Shown here: in pieces, positions 1-11,762 of the stretch
How the letters are laid out: every line of letters starts with the position of its first letter
Position numbering within the stretch: the stretch's first letter is position 1
Program-made: the position numbers and the translations under genes
Assembly (NCBI RefSeq): GCF_900187275.1
Contig: NZ_LT906458.1
Coordinates: forward strand, 1,080,001 to 1,112,000
From: Pasteurella multocida
Lineage (GTDB): Bacteria > Pseudomonadota > Gammaproteobacteria > Enterobacterales > Pasteurellaceae
DNA length: 32,000 bases
Direction: 5' to 3'
The notes under the pieces: generated by a model
Told to the model about the DNA's origin: nothing
Databases searched by the model: none
Seen by the model: only the letters and a program-made list of their open reading frames with translations

Positions 1-60
1 GGTATTATCAAAAGCTCAAAGCAGCAAAATAATTTACTATCGATTTGATTTGTATCATAA

Positions 61-90
61 AAAGATCTTCTGAATGAAGATCTTTTTTTT
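61..90 (+). terminator. Rho-independent terminator of a + strand gene that ends at or before the left edge of the window
   Basis: AAAGATCTTC (61-70), loop TGAAT, GAAGATCTTT (76-85), followed by a T run to 90. Each forward frame reaches a stop within 1-73, so the upstream gene cannot be identified. Confidence 0.6.
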
Positions 91-136
91 CTGTTGCATT
101 AAGATGAGGTCATGCATGATGAGAAGGAGAAACATA

Positions 137-1030
137 ATGATCCCAATTTCAGAGAAAATCCGAAAAACACTCTCACTAATTGAGTCCCAACAATTAGCAC
201 AAGATGTATGGCATATTTTGCAAGAACAACATTTTAAAGGCATGTTACCTTATTTTACGGTTGAACATCTTTGTACTAAACATCAGCTTACACCACAACA
301 ACTCGCACTTAAGCTCTTACCAATTGCAGCTGCTTACTCTCTCGCTCCAATTTCCCAATTTCATGTTGGGGCTATTGCGATTGGACAACGTGGTGCATAT
401 TATTTCGGTGCGAATTTAGAGTTTGCCTCGACCCATATTCAACAAACCGTCCATGCTGAACAAAGTGCGATTTCTCATGCTTGGATGAATCACGAAAGTG
501 CAATTACCGATGTGGTCGTCAACTATACGCCATGTGGCCATTGTCGCCAATTTATGAATGAATTAAAAACCGCCCCGCAGTTAAAAATTCATTTACCACA
601 CAGTCAAAATAACTTATTACATAGCTATTTACCTGATGCATTTGGTCCGGCTGATTTGGATATTCAGCACTTTTTATTAGATGCACAAGATAACCAGCTT
701 GCATATGAAACGCAAGATCCTGTCATGTTGACTGCACTTGAATGTGCCAATGCCGCACATGCACCTTATTCGAAGTCATATCACGGCATCGCTATTGAAA
801 CAAAAGATAAACAAATTTATCGCGGCAGTTATGCGGAAAATGCCGCATTTAACCCAAGTTTACCAGCATTACAGGTCGCACTAAATCACCTTTTACTCAG
901 TGGTGATACCTTACAAAACATCCAACGTATTGTCATGATCGAAAAAGCAAATCACTTATGCTATCGCCATATGGCTGAAGATTTAGTTGCCAACCTCGTT
1001 GATATCCCACTTGATTATATTGCGCTGTAA
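137..1030 (+). CDS. cdd: Cytidine deaminase (two-domain E. coli type)
   Basis: The translation aligns along its length with E. coli Cdd ([39 protein letters not shown]). The ATG at 137 is preceded by AGGAGA at 125-130 and gives the same N-terminal offset as E. coli Cdd. The track ORF start at 74 lies inside the upstream terminator. Confidence 0.93.
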   Translation: MIPISEKIRKTLSLIESQQLAQDVWHILQEQHFKGMLPYFTVEHLCTKHQLTPQQLALKLLPIAAAYSLAPISQFHVGAIAIGQRGAYYFGANLEFASTHIQQTVHAEQSAISHAWMNHESAITDVVVNYTPCGHCRQFMNELKTAPQLKIHLPHSQNNLLHSYLPDAFGPADLDIQHFLLDAQDNQLAYETQDPVMLTALECANAAHAPYSKSYHGIAIETKDKQIYRGSYAENAAFNPSLPALQVALNHLLLSGDTLQNIQRIVMIEKANHLCYRHMAEDLVANLVDIPLDYIAL

Positions 1031-1049
1031 ACCACACAAAAATAGAATG

Positions 1050-1088
1050 AAAAAAGCGGTCACCTCTTTAACAAGGGACCGCTTTTTT
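1050..1088. terminator. Bidirectional rho-independent terminator shared by convergent cdd and serS
   Basis: An A run precedes AGCGGTC-a-CCT (1055-1065), then the loop, AGG-GACCGCT (1074-1083) and a T run. It reads as hairpin plus U tract on both strands. Confidence 0.8.
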
Positions 1089-1101
1089 AAACGCGAAATG
1101 A

Positions 1102-2391
<1,290 letters not shown>

Positions 2392-2424
2392 TTACCTACT
2401 TTTCTTAAAATTTAAACGGAATTA

Positions 2425-2433
2425 ACCGCACTT
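2425..2433 (-). repeat. Uptake signal sequence core (ACCGCACTT on +, AAGTGCGGT on -)
   Basis: Exact 9-mer in the serS upstream region. Confidence 0.85.
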
Positions 2434-2571
2434 TTGCATAAAAATAATTCATCTATTTTAGATCGAATTAACCTAATAAACCAGTTCAAAATCAGGGATT
2501 CTCAGATTAATCTCCATCAAAAAGTAAGATTTTCCTGCCTATCCTGCGAATATCAGCACCCTCACCAGTCA

Positions 2572-2604
2572 GCTAACAAAAAGCACCTGAAAACAGGTGC
2601 TTTA
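2572..2604 (-). terminator. Rho-independent terminator downstream of rarA
   Basis: On the minus strand AAGCACCTG-TTTT-CAGGTGCTT is followed by TTTGTT. It lies about 45 nt after the rarA stop. Confidence 0.75.
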
Positions 2605-2646
2605 GTTAATGTTTCGAGCAGTATTAAACTCGCCATACGGCAGTTT

Positions 2647-3984
2647 TCAATAACGTTTTTTCTTGCTTTGTTGATCCTGTTGTCTAAGCCAATCGAGCTT
2701 TTCTTTGATTTTAATTTCCATCCCACGATGAGTTGGAAAATAATATTGTGTGTCTTTCAACGCTTCTGGAAAATAATTTTCGCCCGCAGCATAAGCATGT
2801 TCTTCATCATGCGCATAACGGTATGCTTCACCATAGCCCAATGTTTTCATTAAATGGGTAGGCGCATTGCGTAAATGTGCTGGTACTTCATAATCTGGCG
2901 TTTCTTTAACGTGTTGTTTCGCTTGATTAAATGCACGATAAACTGCGTTGCTTTTCGGTGCAACCGCCAGATAAACAATTGCTTGTGCAATCGCACGCTC
3001 CCCTTCCGCCGCACCGACTCGAGTAAAGCAATCCCAAGCAGCAAGTGCCACTTGCATCGCGCGCGGATCCGCATTACCCACATCTTCAGAAGCAATCGCG
3101 AGTAAACGTCGTGCCACATAAAGCGGATCCCCCCCCGCTGCCAAAATCCGAGCATACCAATATAATGCGGCATCCGGTGCAGATCCTCGTACGGATTTAT
3201 GTAGCGCAGAAATTGCATCATAAAACCGATCACCTTGTTTATCAAAACGCGCTTGACGTTCACCTAACACGTTTTTTAATAAGCTGAGTGTCAAAGCTTT
3301 CCCTGCTTCCGTTTCCTCTGCCATATCCGCCATCAGCTCAAGACTATTTAAAGCTAAGCGTGCATCACCGTTCACATATTCAGCTAAACATTCTAATACA
3401 TTCTCTTCTAAAACAAACCGCACTTTGCCTAGCCCGCGTTCTTCATCTAACAGTGCTTGCTTTAACACCTCGGTGATTTCTTGTGTGCTCAACGATTTTA
3501 GAATATATACTTTGGCTCGCGAAAGTAAGGCATTATTTAATTCGAAGGAAGGATTTTCAGTTGTCGCTCCAATAAAGATAATGGTGCCATCTTCAATATG
3601 AGGCAGAAAGGCATCTTGTTGACTTTTATTGAAACGATGAACTTCATCAACAAACAGGATCGTACGTCGATCAGCTAAGCGATTTTCTTTTGCTCGTTCA
3701 ATCGCCTCACGAATTTCTTTAATACCACTGGTGACGGCGGAAATACGTTCAACGTCAGCATGAATCTGCCGTGCAATAATCTCTGCTAAAGTCGTTTTGC
3801 CCGTACCTGGCGGTCCCCATAAGATCATGGAATGCACATGACCCGCATCAAGTGCTTTACGTAAAGGTTTTCCCTCACCGATTAAATGCGACTGCCCACA
3901 ATATTGAGCGAATGTCGTCGGACGCATTCTGGCGGCTAAAGGTTGAAAAGCCTGTTGGGCAAAGTCAAAACTTAAATTCGACAT
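2647..3984 (-). CDS. rarA: Replication-associated recombination protein A (AAA+ ATPase RarA/MgsA)
   Basis: Near-collinear with E. coli RarA (MSNLSx[48 protein letters not shown]). The ATG at 3984 matches the E. coli N-terminus. An in-frame GTG at 3987 is the alternative start. Confidence 0.95.
   Translation of the reverse strand: MSNLSFDFAQQAFQPLAARMRPTTFAQYCGQSHLIGEGKPLRKALDAGHVHSMILWGPPGTGKTTLAEIIARQIHADVERISAVTSGIKEIREAIERAKENRLADRRTILFVDEVHRFNKSQQDAFLPHIEDGTIIFIGATTENPSFELNNALLSRAKVYILKSLSTQEITEVLKQALLDEERGLGKVRFVLEENVLECLAEYVNGDARLALNSLELMADMAEETEAGKALTLSLLKNVLGERQARFDKQGDRFYDAISALHKSVRGSAPDAALYWYARILAAGGDPLYVARRLLAIASEDVGNADPRAMQVALAAWDCFTRVGAAEGERAIAQAIVYLAVAPKSNAVYRAFNQAKQHVKETPDYEVPAHLRNAPTHLMKTLGYGEAYRYAHDEEHAYAAGENYFPEALKDTQYYFPTHRGMEIKIKEKLDWLRQQDQQSKKKRY
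3417..3425 (-). repeat. Uptake signal sequence core
   Basis: Exact ACCGCACTT inside the rarA coding sequence. Confidence 0.85.
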
Positions 3985-3995
3985 CACTGTTCTAA

Positions 3996-4613
3996 CTATT
4001 TTTGGCGTTGGTCATCGAGTTCTACCCCTTTAGGCACACTAAACTTGAATACACCGTCGGCTAAAGGTTGGTTGGTAATATTACGTAAAATATACAAATT
4101 CGTTTGACCATCTTTTTCAATAGTACTGAAGTTACGCAATACCCCTTCACTATCAATACGAATATCAAACTGCTTAATATTACTCTGCTTTGCTTTTGGT
4201 TTGAGAGTAAATGTATCTGCCTTTTGTTCCACATTGTATTGTACCCAGTGGCTGCTATCGTCACTCGTCAACAAAACAAAAGGTGTGTTATTCACGGCAT
4301 CTTTGACCCAATTTGCTGTCACTTGCTCAACAAAGGGATCATAAAACCACAAGGTTTTCCCATCTGAAATAATCTGGTTTTCTTGCGGTGTTTTATTATC
4401 CATTCGGAATAAATTTGGACGCTTGATTTTTAATGTCCCACTGCCTTGTTGAACATTTTTTCCGTCTGACGAACTGACTGTTTGAGCGTAATCAGCACTC
4501 AACACATTCACCTTGCTCAAACGTTGCTGTAATTCGCTTGCTGCATCAGCCCAAGCTGCACTGCTCAAAAAGAGGGTCAAAAGTGCGGTGGTTTTTAATA
4601 ACATGTTATTCAT
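3996..4613 (-). CDS. lolA: Outer-membrane lipoprotein carrier protein LolA
   Basis: Signal peptide [22 protein letters not shown], then LolA motifs ([28 protein letters not shown]). The ATG at 4613 is preceded by AGGAAA. The longer track ORF (to 4685) would overlap the ftsK 3' end. Confidence 0.92.
   Translation of the reverse strand: MNNMLLKTTALLTLFLSSAAWADAASELQQRLSKVNVLSADYAQTVSSSDGKNVQQGSGTLKIKRPNLFRMDNKTPQENQIISDGKTLWFYDPFVEQVTANWVKDAVNNTPFVLLTSDDSSHWVQYNVEQKADTFTLKPKAKQSNIKQFDIRIDSEGVLRNFSTIEKDGQTNLYILRNITNQPLADGVFKFSVPKGVELDDQRQK
4581..4589 (+). repeat. Uptake signal sequence core
   Basis: Exact AAGTGCGGT on +, within the region encoding the lolA signal peptide (opposite strand). Confidence 0.85.
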
Positions 4614-4623
4614 CTCTACTTTC

Positions 4624-7416
4624 CTAAAAGTCCGAAGAACGTCTAGCAAGCACTTCACGTTTGCCATTTTGCATCGCAGAAACAATGCCCTGTTCTTCTA
4701 GTTGATCCATAATTCGGGCCGCCCGGTTAAAGCCTACTCTAAATTTGCGTTGAATATATGAAGTCGACGTCGTTCCTGTACTGGTTACAAACTCCACCAC
4801 TTCATCAAATAAATCGTCTAGCTCACCGGCATCAGAATTAGCGCCATTACTCTCCGTAGCCTCATCCTCCCCGCTGTCTAAAATGCCTTCAATATAATTC
4901 GGTTTACCACGTGCTTTCCAGTCATCTACTACCCGTGCCACTTCATCATCACTCATAAAAGCACCATGCACCCGTACTAAATCAGAAGAGCCCGCACCAG
5001 AATATAACATATCCCCTCGTCCTAATAAGGCTTCAGCCCCCACTTGATCGAGAATGGTGCGTGAATCAATTTTACTGGCGACGGTAAAAGCAATGCGGCT
5101 TGGGATATTGGCTTTAATCAAACCAGTAATCACATCAACCGATGGACGTTGTGTTGCCAAAATCAAGTGAATACCTATCGCTCGGGCTTTTTGTGCTAAA
5201 CGGGCGATCAACTCCTCGACTTGTTTGCCCGCCACCATCATTAAATCTGCAAACTCATCTACAATGACAACAATATAACTGAGTTTTTCCAACGCCGGTG
5301 GTAACGTATCCATGGTATCGCCAGGTCGCCAAATTGGATTCGGAATCGGCATATTCATCGCCTCATATTCCTCAATTTTTTCATTGTAGCCTTCAATATT
5401 ACGAACTCTTAATGCCGACAGTAATTGGTAACGACGCTCCATTTCATCAACACACCAACGCAATGCATTCGCGGCTTTTTTCATGTCTGTCACCACTTCC
5501 GTCAGCAAGTGAGGAATACCATCATAAATCGAGAGTTCTACTACTTTAGGATCAATCATAATAAATTTTACTTCTTCGGGTTTCACCCGGAAAAGTAAAC
5601 TTAAAATCATGGTATTTACTCCAACAGATTTCCCTGAACCGGTGGAGCCTGCAACCAATAAATGTGGCATTTTGGCTAAATCCACCACTACTGGTTTACC
5701 GCTGATATCCTTACCTAATGCCATAGAAAGCAAAGAGTTAGACTGACGGAACACATCACTGTCTAGCACTTCACGTAATGTCACCATTTGTCGATTAACA
5801 TTAGGAGTTTCAATACCGATATAAGGTTTTCCCGGAATCACCTCCGCCACACGAATCGAACGGAACATTAAGGCGCGCGCTAAATCCGTATCAATACTGC
5901 TCACTTTCGATGCTTTGACACCCGGTTGTAATTCAAGTTCATAACGTGTCACCACAGGTCCCACTAACACATCTTTCACTGTTGCCTTCACCCCAAAGTT
6001 ACGTAATTGATGTTCAATTCGTTGTGAGGTTTCAATAATTTCTTCTTGTGTAATGCGATGCGCTTGGCTCGGGCGATGTTCTAACAAATCCAAACTGGGC
6101 ATGGGGGTAGTCGGTTTTACCTGCGTCGTCACCTTTTGTTGTAACGCTGGATGAATTAATGACTCACCATAAGGTTTATAATGCGGTGTCGTACTGTCAC
6201 TGACATCCGCCGTGCTATTTTGCCTAATTTCAGGTGCCGCCAAGATTGTCTGCAATGCGTCTTCCGCATTGAGGGCTTTTGCACGTAAAGCCATTTCCTC
6301 ACGGCGCTGTTGCTCTTGCGCGGCAAATTGACGAGCAAGATCACTTTCGTCTTCCCGTGCTATCTCGCTATTGTCTGATAAACTTGTATCTAACGGAGAT
6401 AGCGAAACTTTAGGCATCGCAAACTCAGTCGCAACGAGTGGCTCTCCTGCGGTGTGAGGAATTAGTGTAGTGAACGGCTTGCTATCCTCATGTTCTGCCT
6501 CAGAGGAAGATAGCGCAGTGTCTTCAACAAAAGCCACACTGACACTTGGCAAGGCGAGTTCTGGTTCGACAGCATAACCGCCGAGTTCTACCTGATTAAC
6601 ATCGTCTAGAGGTACTGCTGGGATCGTGCTTTCTTTCGCTTGAGAAGCAGATTCGAGCCCCTGAATTTGAATCAAGTTTTCAATATTGATTAATGACTTT
6701 TCTTCATCCATTGTGGCTGATGGCGCTTCGCTAACAAAAACACGTTCACTTTCATTTATGCTTTGTATTGACGGTTCTTCTTGCAATGCCAGCTCTTGTT
6801 GTACTGGTGTGGCGGAAATCGTTTCTTCCTCTTGCGTTTGTGTAGGATTTTTCATGGTCAACCAATCATAAAAATAAATACACGAACGAATAAGAGAAGT
6901 ACCTGAACAAAGGACAAAACCAAGTAGTGCTAACAAAGTGCCAGAAAGCATTAACCCCACAAAATCTAACATAGGGAAAAAGGCTGTCACTAAACTTCCT
7001 CCCAACACACCACCAGATAAATAGTAAGGCGTATTAGAAAACAGTAAGGTAAATAAAACACACACGCCACATAAAAAAATACTGAAGCCCAAAAGCCAAA
7101 GACTTAAGCGAAAAAAGCTGAATGGCACTTTGCCTTTACGACGCCAGAAGTAAAAAGAAATACCAAAAATAAGAAAGGGAATAATATGCCCAACGTGCCC
7201 AAATAACACAAAAAATAAATCAATAAACCAAGCACCGAATCTCCCTGCTTTATTAATCGTAGTAGGAATATAGCTTGAAGACGCCCACGAATTATCTAAT
7301 GGCGAATAACTTGACCAAGCAACGATCAAATACACGCCAAACAGCATGCCCACAAGAAAGAAAAATGCCAATAGATACTGCTTAGGGGTAAATTTTTCAG
7401 AAATTCGTTTAATCAT
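4624..7416 (-). CDS. ftsK: DNA translocase FtsK
   Basis: 930 aa. N-terminal polytopic membrane domain, a long acidic and Q/S-rich linker, a C-terminal motor ([39 protein letters not shown]) and the gamma winged-helix domain ([22 protein letters not shown]). Confidence 0.97.
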   Translation of the reverse strand: MIKRISEKFTPKQYLLAFFFLVGMLFGVYLIVAWSSYSPLDNSWASSSYIPTTINKAGRFGAWFIDLFFVLFGHVGHIIPFLIFGISFYFWRRKGKVPFSFFRLSLWLLGFSIFLCGVCVLFTLLFSNTPYYLSGGVLGGSLVTAFFPMLDFVGLMLSGTLLALLGFVLCSGTSLIRSCIYFYDWLTMKNPTQTQEEETISATPVQQELALQEEPSIQSINESERVFVSEAPSATMDEEKSLINIENLIQIQGLESASQAKESTIPAVPLDDVNQVELGGYAVEPELALPSVSVAFVEDTALSSSEAEHEDSKPFTTLIPHTAGEPLVATEFAMPKVSLSPLDTSLSDNSEIAREDESDLARQFAAQEQQRREEMALRAKALNAEDALQTILAAPEIRQNSTADVSDSTTPHYKPYGESLIHPALQQKVTTQVKPTTPMPSLDLLEHRPSQAHRITQEEIIETSQRIEHQLRNFGVKATVKDVLVGPVVTRYELELQPGVKASKVSSIDTDLARALMFRSIRVAEVIPGKPYIGIETPNVNRQMVTLREVLDSDVFRQSNSLLSMALGKDISGKPVVVDLAKMPHLLVAGSTGSGKSVGVNTMILSLLFRVKPEEVKFIMIDPKVVELSIYDGIPHLLTEVVTDMKKAANALRWCVDEMERRYQLLSALRVRNIEGYNEKIEEYEAMNMPIPNPIWRPGDTMDTLPPALEKLSYIVVIVDEFADLMMVAGKQVEELIARLAQKARAIGIHLILATQRPSVDVITGLIKANIPSRIAFTVASKIDSRTILDQVGAEALLGRGDMLYSGAGSSDLVRVHGAFMSDDEVARVVDDWKARGKPNYIEGILDSGEDEATESNGANSDAGELDDLFDEVVEFVTSTGTTSTSYIQRKFRVGFNRAARIMDQLEEQGIVSAMQNGKREVLARRSSDF

Positions 7417-7420
7417 TGTA

Positions 7421-7900
7421 TTACTTCAGTTGGAGAAAATTGGTTTGTTTGACTTCTTCCATCACGACATAAGTACGTGTGTCATTTACACCGGGTAAAC
7501 GTAGTAAGGTTGTGCCGAGCAATTTACGATATGCCGCCATATCCGCAACGCGCGTTTTTAATAAGTAGTCAAAATCACCGGAGACAAGATGACATTCTTG
7601 AATTTCATCTAATTGTTGTACTGCGGCATTAAATTCTTCAAACACATCCGGTTTACCGCGAATTAATGTAATTTCCACAATCACCAATAAAGGGGAATCT
7701 AATAATTCAGGATTCAATAAAGCACGATATCCCATAATCACACCTTGTTTTTCAAGGCGCTTTACTCGTTCTAAACAAGGTGTGGGAGAAAGCCCGACTT
7801 TTTTTGATAAATCGATATTGGAAATTTTTCCATTGCGTTGTAACTCATTGAGAATTTTGATATCAATACTATCTAGGGCTTTCATTAGTTTCTTTTCCAT
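7421..7900 (-). CDS. lrp: Leucine-responsive regulatory protein (Lrp/AsnC family)
   Basis: Very high identity to E. coli Lrp over the whole length ([52 protein letters not shown]). Its stop is only 4 nt from the ftsK start. The start at 7900 has GGAG only 2 nt upstream, so the M6 start at 7885 is possible. Confidence 0.95.
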   Translation of the reverse strand: MEKKLMKALDSIDIKILNELQRNGKISNIDLSKKVGLSPTPCLERVKRLEKQGVIMGYRALLNPELLDSPLLVIVEITLIRGKPDVFEEFNAAVQQLDEIQECHLVSGDFDYLLKTRVADMAAYRKLLGTTLLRLPGVNDTRTYVVMEEVKQTNFLQLK

Positions 7901-8054
7901 AACTCCTCTGCGGTTAAAAAGGCAATATGTTAGTGAGATTAACTAATTTTACACCATTTTTCAAAATTTAATTTTTTTTCTTTGTCTTAAATCATACTTA
8001 CTCTCTTTTTTTCTCGTTTTTCATTTTCTCAAGACTTACACTAGAAAAAAAAGC

Positions 8055-8408
8055 ATGTCACTGAGGAAAACGTTGAAAAATCCCTTTATCGCCAATTGGA
8101 CATCGAAAGGTAATACCCTGTGTTTAGGACATTGGGAAATCCAGTATTTAAACACTACTCTAATCTTGCCGCCTGAACGTCGAGAAAAAGATATGGGAAC
8201 ACAGGAGATCTATTATTTTATTGATCCTGAAAACAGATTATATTTAGAAGGGCTAGATGAAGATGACTGGATTCTTGCGAATATAGACTGGTTAAGCGAC
8301 GTTTTTATTCAAGCGAATATTCCTTTAGAAGAACCTTACTTACGTCAATTTTACCAAGCCGTCAATCAAGAAGATTGGCGATGTGGTAGCTGCGGTGGCT
8401 GTTTATAA
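8055..8408 (+). CDS. Hypothetical protein, 117 aa, with a C-terminal CGSCGGCL tail
   Basis: This is the only long ORF in the lrp-radA gap, and a 117-codon open frame is unlikely by chance in AT-rich DNA. I recognise no family. There is no clear SD at 8055, so internal starts (for example M47 at 8193) are possible. It uses more rare codons (AGG, AGA, ATA, CTA) than its neighbours. Confidence 0.5.
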   Translation: MSLRKTLKNPFIANWTSKGNTLCLGHWEIQYLNTTLILPPERREKDMGTQEIYYFIDPENRLYLEGLDEDDWILANIDWLSDVFIQANIPLEEPYLRQFYQAVNQEDWRCGSCGGCL

Positions 8409-8425
8409 ATATAACAGCCACCACA
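8391..8425. terminator. Stem-loop between the convergent orphan ORF and radA (no U tract)
   Basis: TGCGGTGGCTGTT (8391-8403), loop TATAAATAT, AACAGCCACCACA (8413-8425). Ten perfect bp plus two more beyond a C-A mismatch. The left arm is the last five codons of the orphan ORF. No T run follows on either strand, so terminator function is uncertain. Confidence 0.4.
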
Positions 8426-8429
8426 TCAC

Positions 8430-9809
8430 TTAGAAATTCTCTAAAATTGCCAAGGCATCCGACAATTTCTTAACGGTGAAAACATCCATATTCGGCACCG
8501 CACTTTTCGGTCTATTTGCGAAAGGTACAATTGCGCGCTTAAAGCCATGTTTCGCTGCCTCACCAATACGCTCTTGCCCACTTGGCACTGGGCGAATTTC
8601 TCCCGCTAACCCCACTTCACCAAAAACCACTAAATCTTGTGGCAATGGGCGGTTACGGAAACTGGAAATTAATGCCAATAACAATGCTAAATCTGCACTG
8701 GTTTCCGTGACCTTAACACCGCCCACTACGTTAACAAACACATCTTGATCCGACATTTGTAAGCCACCATGACGATGTAATACCGCTAATAACAAGGCTA
8801 AACGGTTTTGTTCTAACCCTACAGCAACACGACGCGGATTTGCTAACATAGAATGGTCAACTAACGCCTGAATTTCAACTAATAAAGGGCGTGTTCCTTC
8901 CCAAATCACCATCACTGAACTCCCTGGCGTTTGCTCTTCACCCCGGCTCAAAAAAATGGCTGATGGATTTTTCACTTCACGCAACCCTTGTTCTGTCATG
9001 CCAAACACACCGAGTTCATTCACAGCACCAAAACGATTTTTATGGCTACGTAGAGTACGATAACGAGAATCCGCCTCTCCTTCGAGCAAAATTGAACAGT
9101 CGATACAATGCTCAAGGACTTTAGGACCCGCTAAGGTTCCGTCTTTCGTCACATGTCCCACCATAATAATCGCTACTTGGCGGGTTTTCGCATAACGCGT
9201 TAAAAAAGAGGCACATTCACGTACTTGTGCCACACTCCCTGGCGAAGACTGAATATCCGCTAAATGCATTACTTGAATGGAGTCAATCACGATGATTTGC
9301 GGTTTTAATTGATCCGCTAGCTGACAAATTTGTTCAACTGACGTTTCAGACAGCATGTTTAATTTATCTGTAGGTAAGCCTAATCGTTTTGCACGCATGG
9401 CCACCTGTTGCAAAGATTCCTCCCCTGTCACATAAAGCGCGGTCATATTTTGAGCTAAACCACACATCACTTGTAACAATAAGGTACTTTTGCCTGCGCC
9501 CGGATGACCACCAATTAAAATTGCACTGCCCGGTACTACACCGCCCCCTAAAACGCGATCCAACTCGTGAAAACCACTGGAAAAACGCGGTGTTTCCTGT
9601 AATGAAATCTCAGCAAGGGTTTGGATCTTCGCGCACGTTTCACCAGCATAGCCACTAAAACGATCGCCTTTTGCGCTATTGCTAGATGACACTAAACGCA
9701 CTTCACTAATCGTATTCCAAGCTTTACATGCCGCACATTGTCCCTGCCAACGAGAAAACTCTGCGCCACAATCATTACACACATATGCTGTTTTAGGTGC
9801 CTTAGCCAT
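8430..9809 (-). CDS. radA: DNA repair protein RadA/Sms
   Basis: N-terminal zinc finger (CNDCGAEFSRWQGQCAACKAWN), Walker A (GGHPGAGKSTLLLQ), the KNRFG motif and a Lon-like C-terminal domain. Collinear with E. coli RadA. Confidence 0.97.
   Translation of the reverse strand: MAKAPKTAYVCNDCGAEFSRWQGQCAACKAWNTISEVRLVSSSNSAKGDRFSGYAGETCAKIQTLAEISLQETPRFSSGFHELDRVLGGGVVPGSAILIGGHPGAGKSTLLLQVMCGLAQNMTALYVTGEESLQQVAMRAKRLGLPTDKLNMLSETSVEQICQLADQLKPQIIVIDSIQVMHLADIQSSPGSVAQVRECASFLTRYAKTRQVAIIMVGHVTKDGTLAGPKVLEHCIDCSILLEGEADSRYRTLRSHKNRFGAVNELGVFGMTEQGLREVKNPSAIFLSRGEEQTPGSSVMVIWEGTRPLLVEIQALVDHSMLANPRRVAVGLEQNRLALLLAVLHRHGGLQMSDQDVFVNVVGGVKVTETSADLALLLALISSFRNRPLPQDLVVFGEVGLAGEIRPVPSGQERIGEAAKHGFKRAIVPFANRPKSAVPNMDVFTVKKLSDALAILENF
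8497..8505 (-). repeat. Uptake signal sequence core
   Basis: Exact ACCGCACTT inside radA. Confidence 0.85.
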
Positions 9810-9812
9810 AAA

Positions 9813-10880
9813 TTAATTACTCAACGTTAAAAAAGTTAAATGGATCATACGTTTCACATAATGACCTGTTTGCAACAAGCCCAGTAATTTGTCTAACACA
9901 AGGCGATTATCCTGACTTTCACTATGCAAACGAATCAATTCACGTACTTGTTGTAATAAACTGTGATGACTGTCTAACAAGTCCAGTAAATATGTTTGTT
10001 CACACGCATTCTCCTCGCCGACCTGTTGATTTAACGCGCTGTCTAACAACGTTGCCTGTTCAACATAATAGTGATAGAGATTAAAGAACGCGCCAATCCG
10101 CTCTACTGTACGCAAGAAATCTGCAGCAAAATAGTCTGCTCCAATTGCAAAGGTTTCTTCAATTAAGTCTTGTTCTAAGCGAAATAATGCTCTCAATTTA
10201 GCCAAGGCACTTGTCGTGTTTTGTGTAAATTGTAGAAACTCGCGCCACTTCTCTAACCAGTTCGTTACTGTCATGGAAGTCAGATTTGCTAAAAGATAAC
10301 CTCTTTTTGCTTTTGACGCTGAACTTAAACGGAGCTCGTTTTCTAATGTAAGCGTTTGGACAAAACGAAGTAAATCAATAGGAAGACCCGACTTTAATTC
10401 AAATTCAACTTCACAAATCGGTGTCTGTTTTTCTCCCGCGACAATTTTACCTTGATCAAACGCCACTTCAATATGAGTTCCGTTACCACATTCGATTAAC
10501 CAACTCTCACGTTCAAAGTCTGTACTAAATACAGGCTTTAATTCCCATTGTGCATAATTCGGCAATGTTAAAGCATATTTTTCAACTAATAACGATATGT
10601 TTGGCTGCGCATCAGGCAAAGTCACATTATATTCAGGGCGGATATGCAAACCGCCGTGAACCTCACCATCCGTTTTTAATGTGAGCGTGTATTGTTGATT
10701 TTCTTGCCGTACACGTAGCCCCATTTTGTGTTTTGCTAAGACACGATCCGCGGTATCGTAATAAGTATTTGCCAAAAAGATTGTGTTATGCGCAAGAATA
10801 CGAAAATTCGTTAATTCTTGATGTAATAAATCAGCAAACTTGGGCGTCACAGCTAATTTTAACTCGACTTCATTCCCCAT
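9813..10880 (-). CDS. ygiF: CYTH-domain inorganic triphosphatase, YgiF-like, with a shortened helical C-terminal region
   Basis: Has the ExExK signature (EVELKLAV). Aligns with E. coli YgiF (GLRVRQEN..TLK, GGLHIRPEYNV, FSTDFERESW, ICEVEFELKSG, SKAKRGYLLA). It is 355 aa against 433 aa in E. coli, so the CHAD-like C-terminal part appears truncated. Confidence 0.85.
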   Translation of the reverse strand: MGNEVELKLAVTPKFADLLHQELTNFRILAHNTIFLANTYYDTADRVLAKHKMGLRVRQENQQYTLTLKTDGEVHGGLHIRPEYNVTLPDAQPNISLLVEKYALTLPNYAQWELKPVFSTDFERESWLIECGNGTHIEVAFDQGKIVAGEKQTPICEVEFELKSGLPIDLLRFVQTLTLENELRLSSASKAKRGYLLANLTSMTVTNWLEKWREFLQFTQNTTSALAKLRALFRLEQDLIEETFAIGADYFAADFLRTVERIGAFFNLYHYYVEQATLLDSALNQQVGEENACEQTYLLDLLDSHHSLLQQVRELIRLHSESQDNRLVLDKLLGLLQTGHYVKRMIHLTFLTLSN

Positions 10881-11055
10881 AATAAAATTCCTTTTATTTC
10901 AATAAATTATATAAAACGGAAAAAACAGTAATGTGATTTTACGCGGGCATTATCCAATAAATACTGAACTTTTTCGATTAAAATCGTGAATTTTTAGCTA
11001 ACATCATGTAATATTCGCCTGAAAAATTAGATCAATCTCTATTGGGAGTCACCTT

Positions 11056-11736
11056 ATGGCACTGAATAATATCCTTGGATTATTTGCACATTCGCCGTTA
11101 AAACCCTTACAAAAACATTCAGAGAAAGTGACTGAGTGTTGTAATTTACTTATTCCGTTCTTTGAACATACCTTCCACGGTGAGTGGGATAAAGCGGAAG
11201 AACTCCGCGCGAAAATCTCAGAATGCGAGCGTCAAGCTGATACGTTAAAACGTGAAATCCGTTTGAAACTGCCACGAGGTTTATTTATGCCAATTGATCG
11301 TACAGATTTATTGGAATTAGTCACACAACAAGACAAATTAGCTAATTTTGCAAAAGATATTTCAGGTCGTATGATTGGTCGTCATTTTGCCATTCCTGAA
11401 AGTATGCAACCGGAATTTGAAAAATATGTCAAACGCAGCTTAGATGCCATTATCCAAGCCCATCGCGTAATTGATGAAATGGAGCAACTACTCGAAACCG
11501 GTTTTAAAGGGCGCGAATTAGATCTTGTCAATCGCATGATCAATGAATTAGATGCGATTGAAGATGATACGGATCAAATGCAAATCAAGTTAAGAAAAAT
11601 GTTACTTGGTTTAGAGTCTCGTTATAATCCAATTGATGTCATGTTCTTGTATAAAACGCTGGAATGGGTTGGGGTCTTAGCGGATCAAGCTCAACGCGTA
11701 GGATCACGAATTGAGTTAATGTTAGCTCGTTCATAA
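11056..11736 (+). CDS. DUF47 / TIGR00153-family protein (PhoU-like, Pit accessory)
   Basis: 226-aa helical protein directly upstream of a Pit transporter, which is the canonical pairing. GGGAG sits 7 nt upstream of the ATG. Family call is by recognition of the architecture and context. Confidence 0.8.
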   Translation: MALNNILGLFAHSPLKPLQKHSEKVTECCNLLIPFFEHTFHGEWDKAEELRAKISECERQADTLKREIRLKLPRGLFMPIDRTDLLELVTQQDKLANFAKDISGRMIGRHFAIPESMQPEFEKYVKRSLDAIIQAHRVIDEMEQLLETGFKGRELDLVNRMINELDAIEDDTDQMQIKLRKMLLGLESRYNPIDVMFLYKTLEWVGVLADQAQRVGSRIELMLARS

Positions 11737-11762
11737 CCCATCGGTTTTAAGGAAGAACAAAA

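Noticed and set aside
74-136. N-terminal extensions of track ORFs: cdd from 74, lolA to 4685, dppF to 22112, dppD to 23076, the large hypothetical gene from 28157, ygiM from 13039.
   Set aside because: Alignment to E. coli orthologues, SD positions, signal-peptide placement, or overlap with terminators, promoters or upstream genes all support the shorter internal starts given in the features.
2434-2853. 139-aa + strand ORF, along with many other 60-140 aa ORFs in the track (for example 55-243, 204-419, 2042-2245, 2850-3263, 2875-3476, 4061-4367, 5298-5549, 8476-9658, 11945-12266, 12731-12994, 14153-14470, 16877-17215, 20578-20856, 24487-24795, 26070-26303, 27522-27746, 29047-29283, 30934-31119, 31495-31686).
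   Set aside because: They lie antisense to, or out of frame within, strongly supported conserved genes. They show low-complexity or odd composition, lack RBSs, and resemble no protein I recognise. They are shadow ORFs.
4624-7416. The acidic, Q/S-rich central part of FtsK (about residues 190-430) as an unusual repeat or inserted domain.
   Set aside because: Variable, low-complexity linkers between the membrane and motor domains are a normal feature of FtsK. I saw no internal tandem repeats.
10881-11055. Pho box or CRP site in the ygiF/pit divergent region (TGTGA half-site; TAACATC..AATATTC).
   Set aside because: There is no second half-site (TCACA) at the correct spacing and no CTGTCAT direct repeats. 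Only trivial 5-bp dyads are present.
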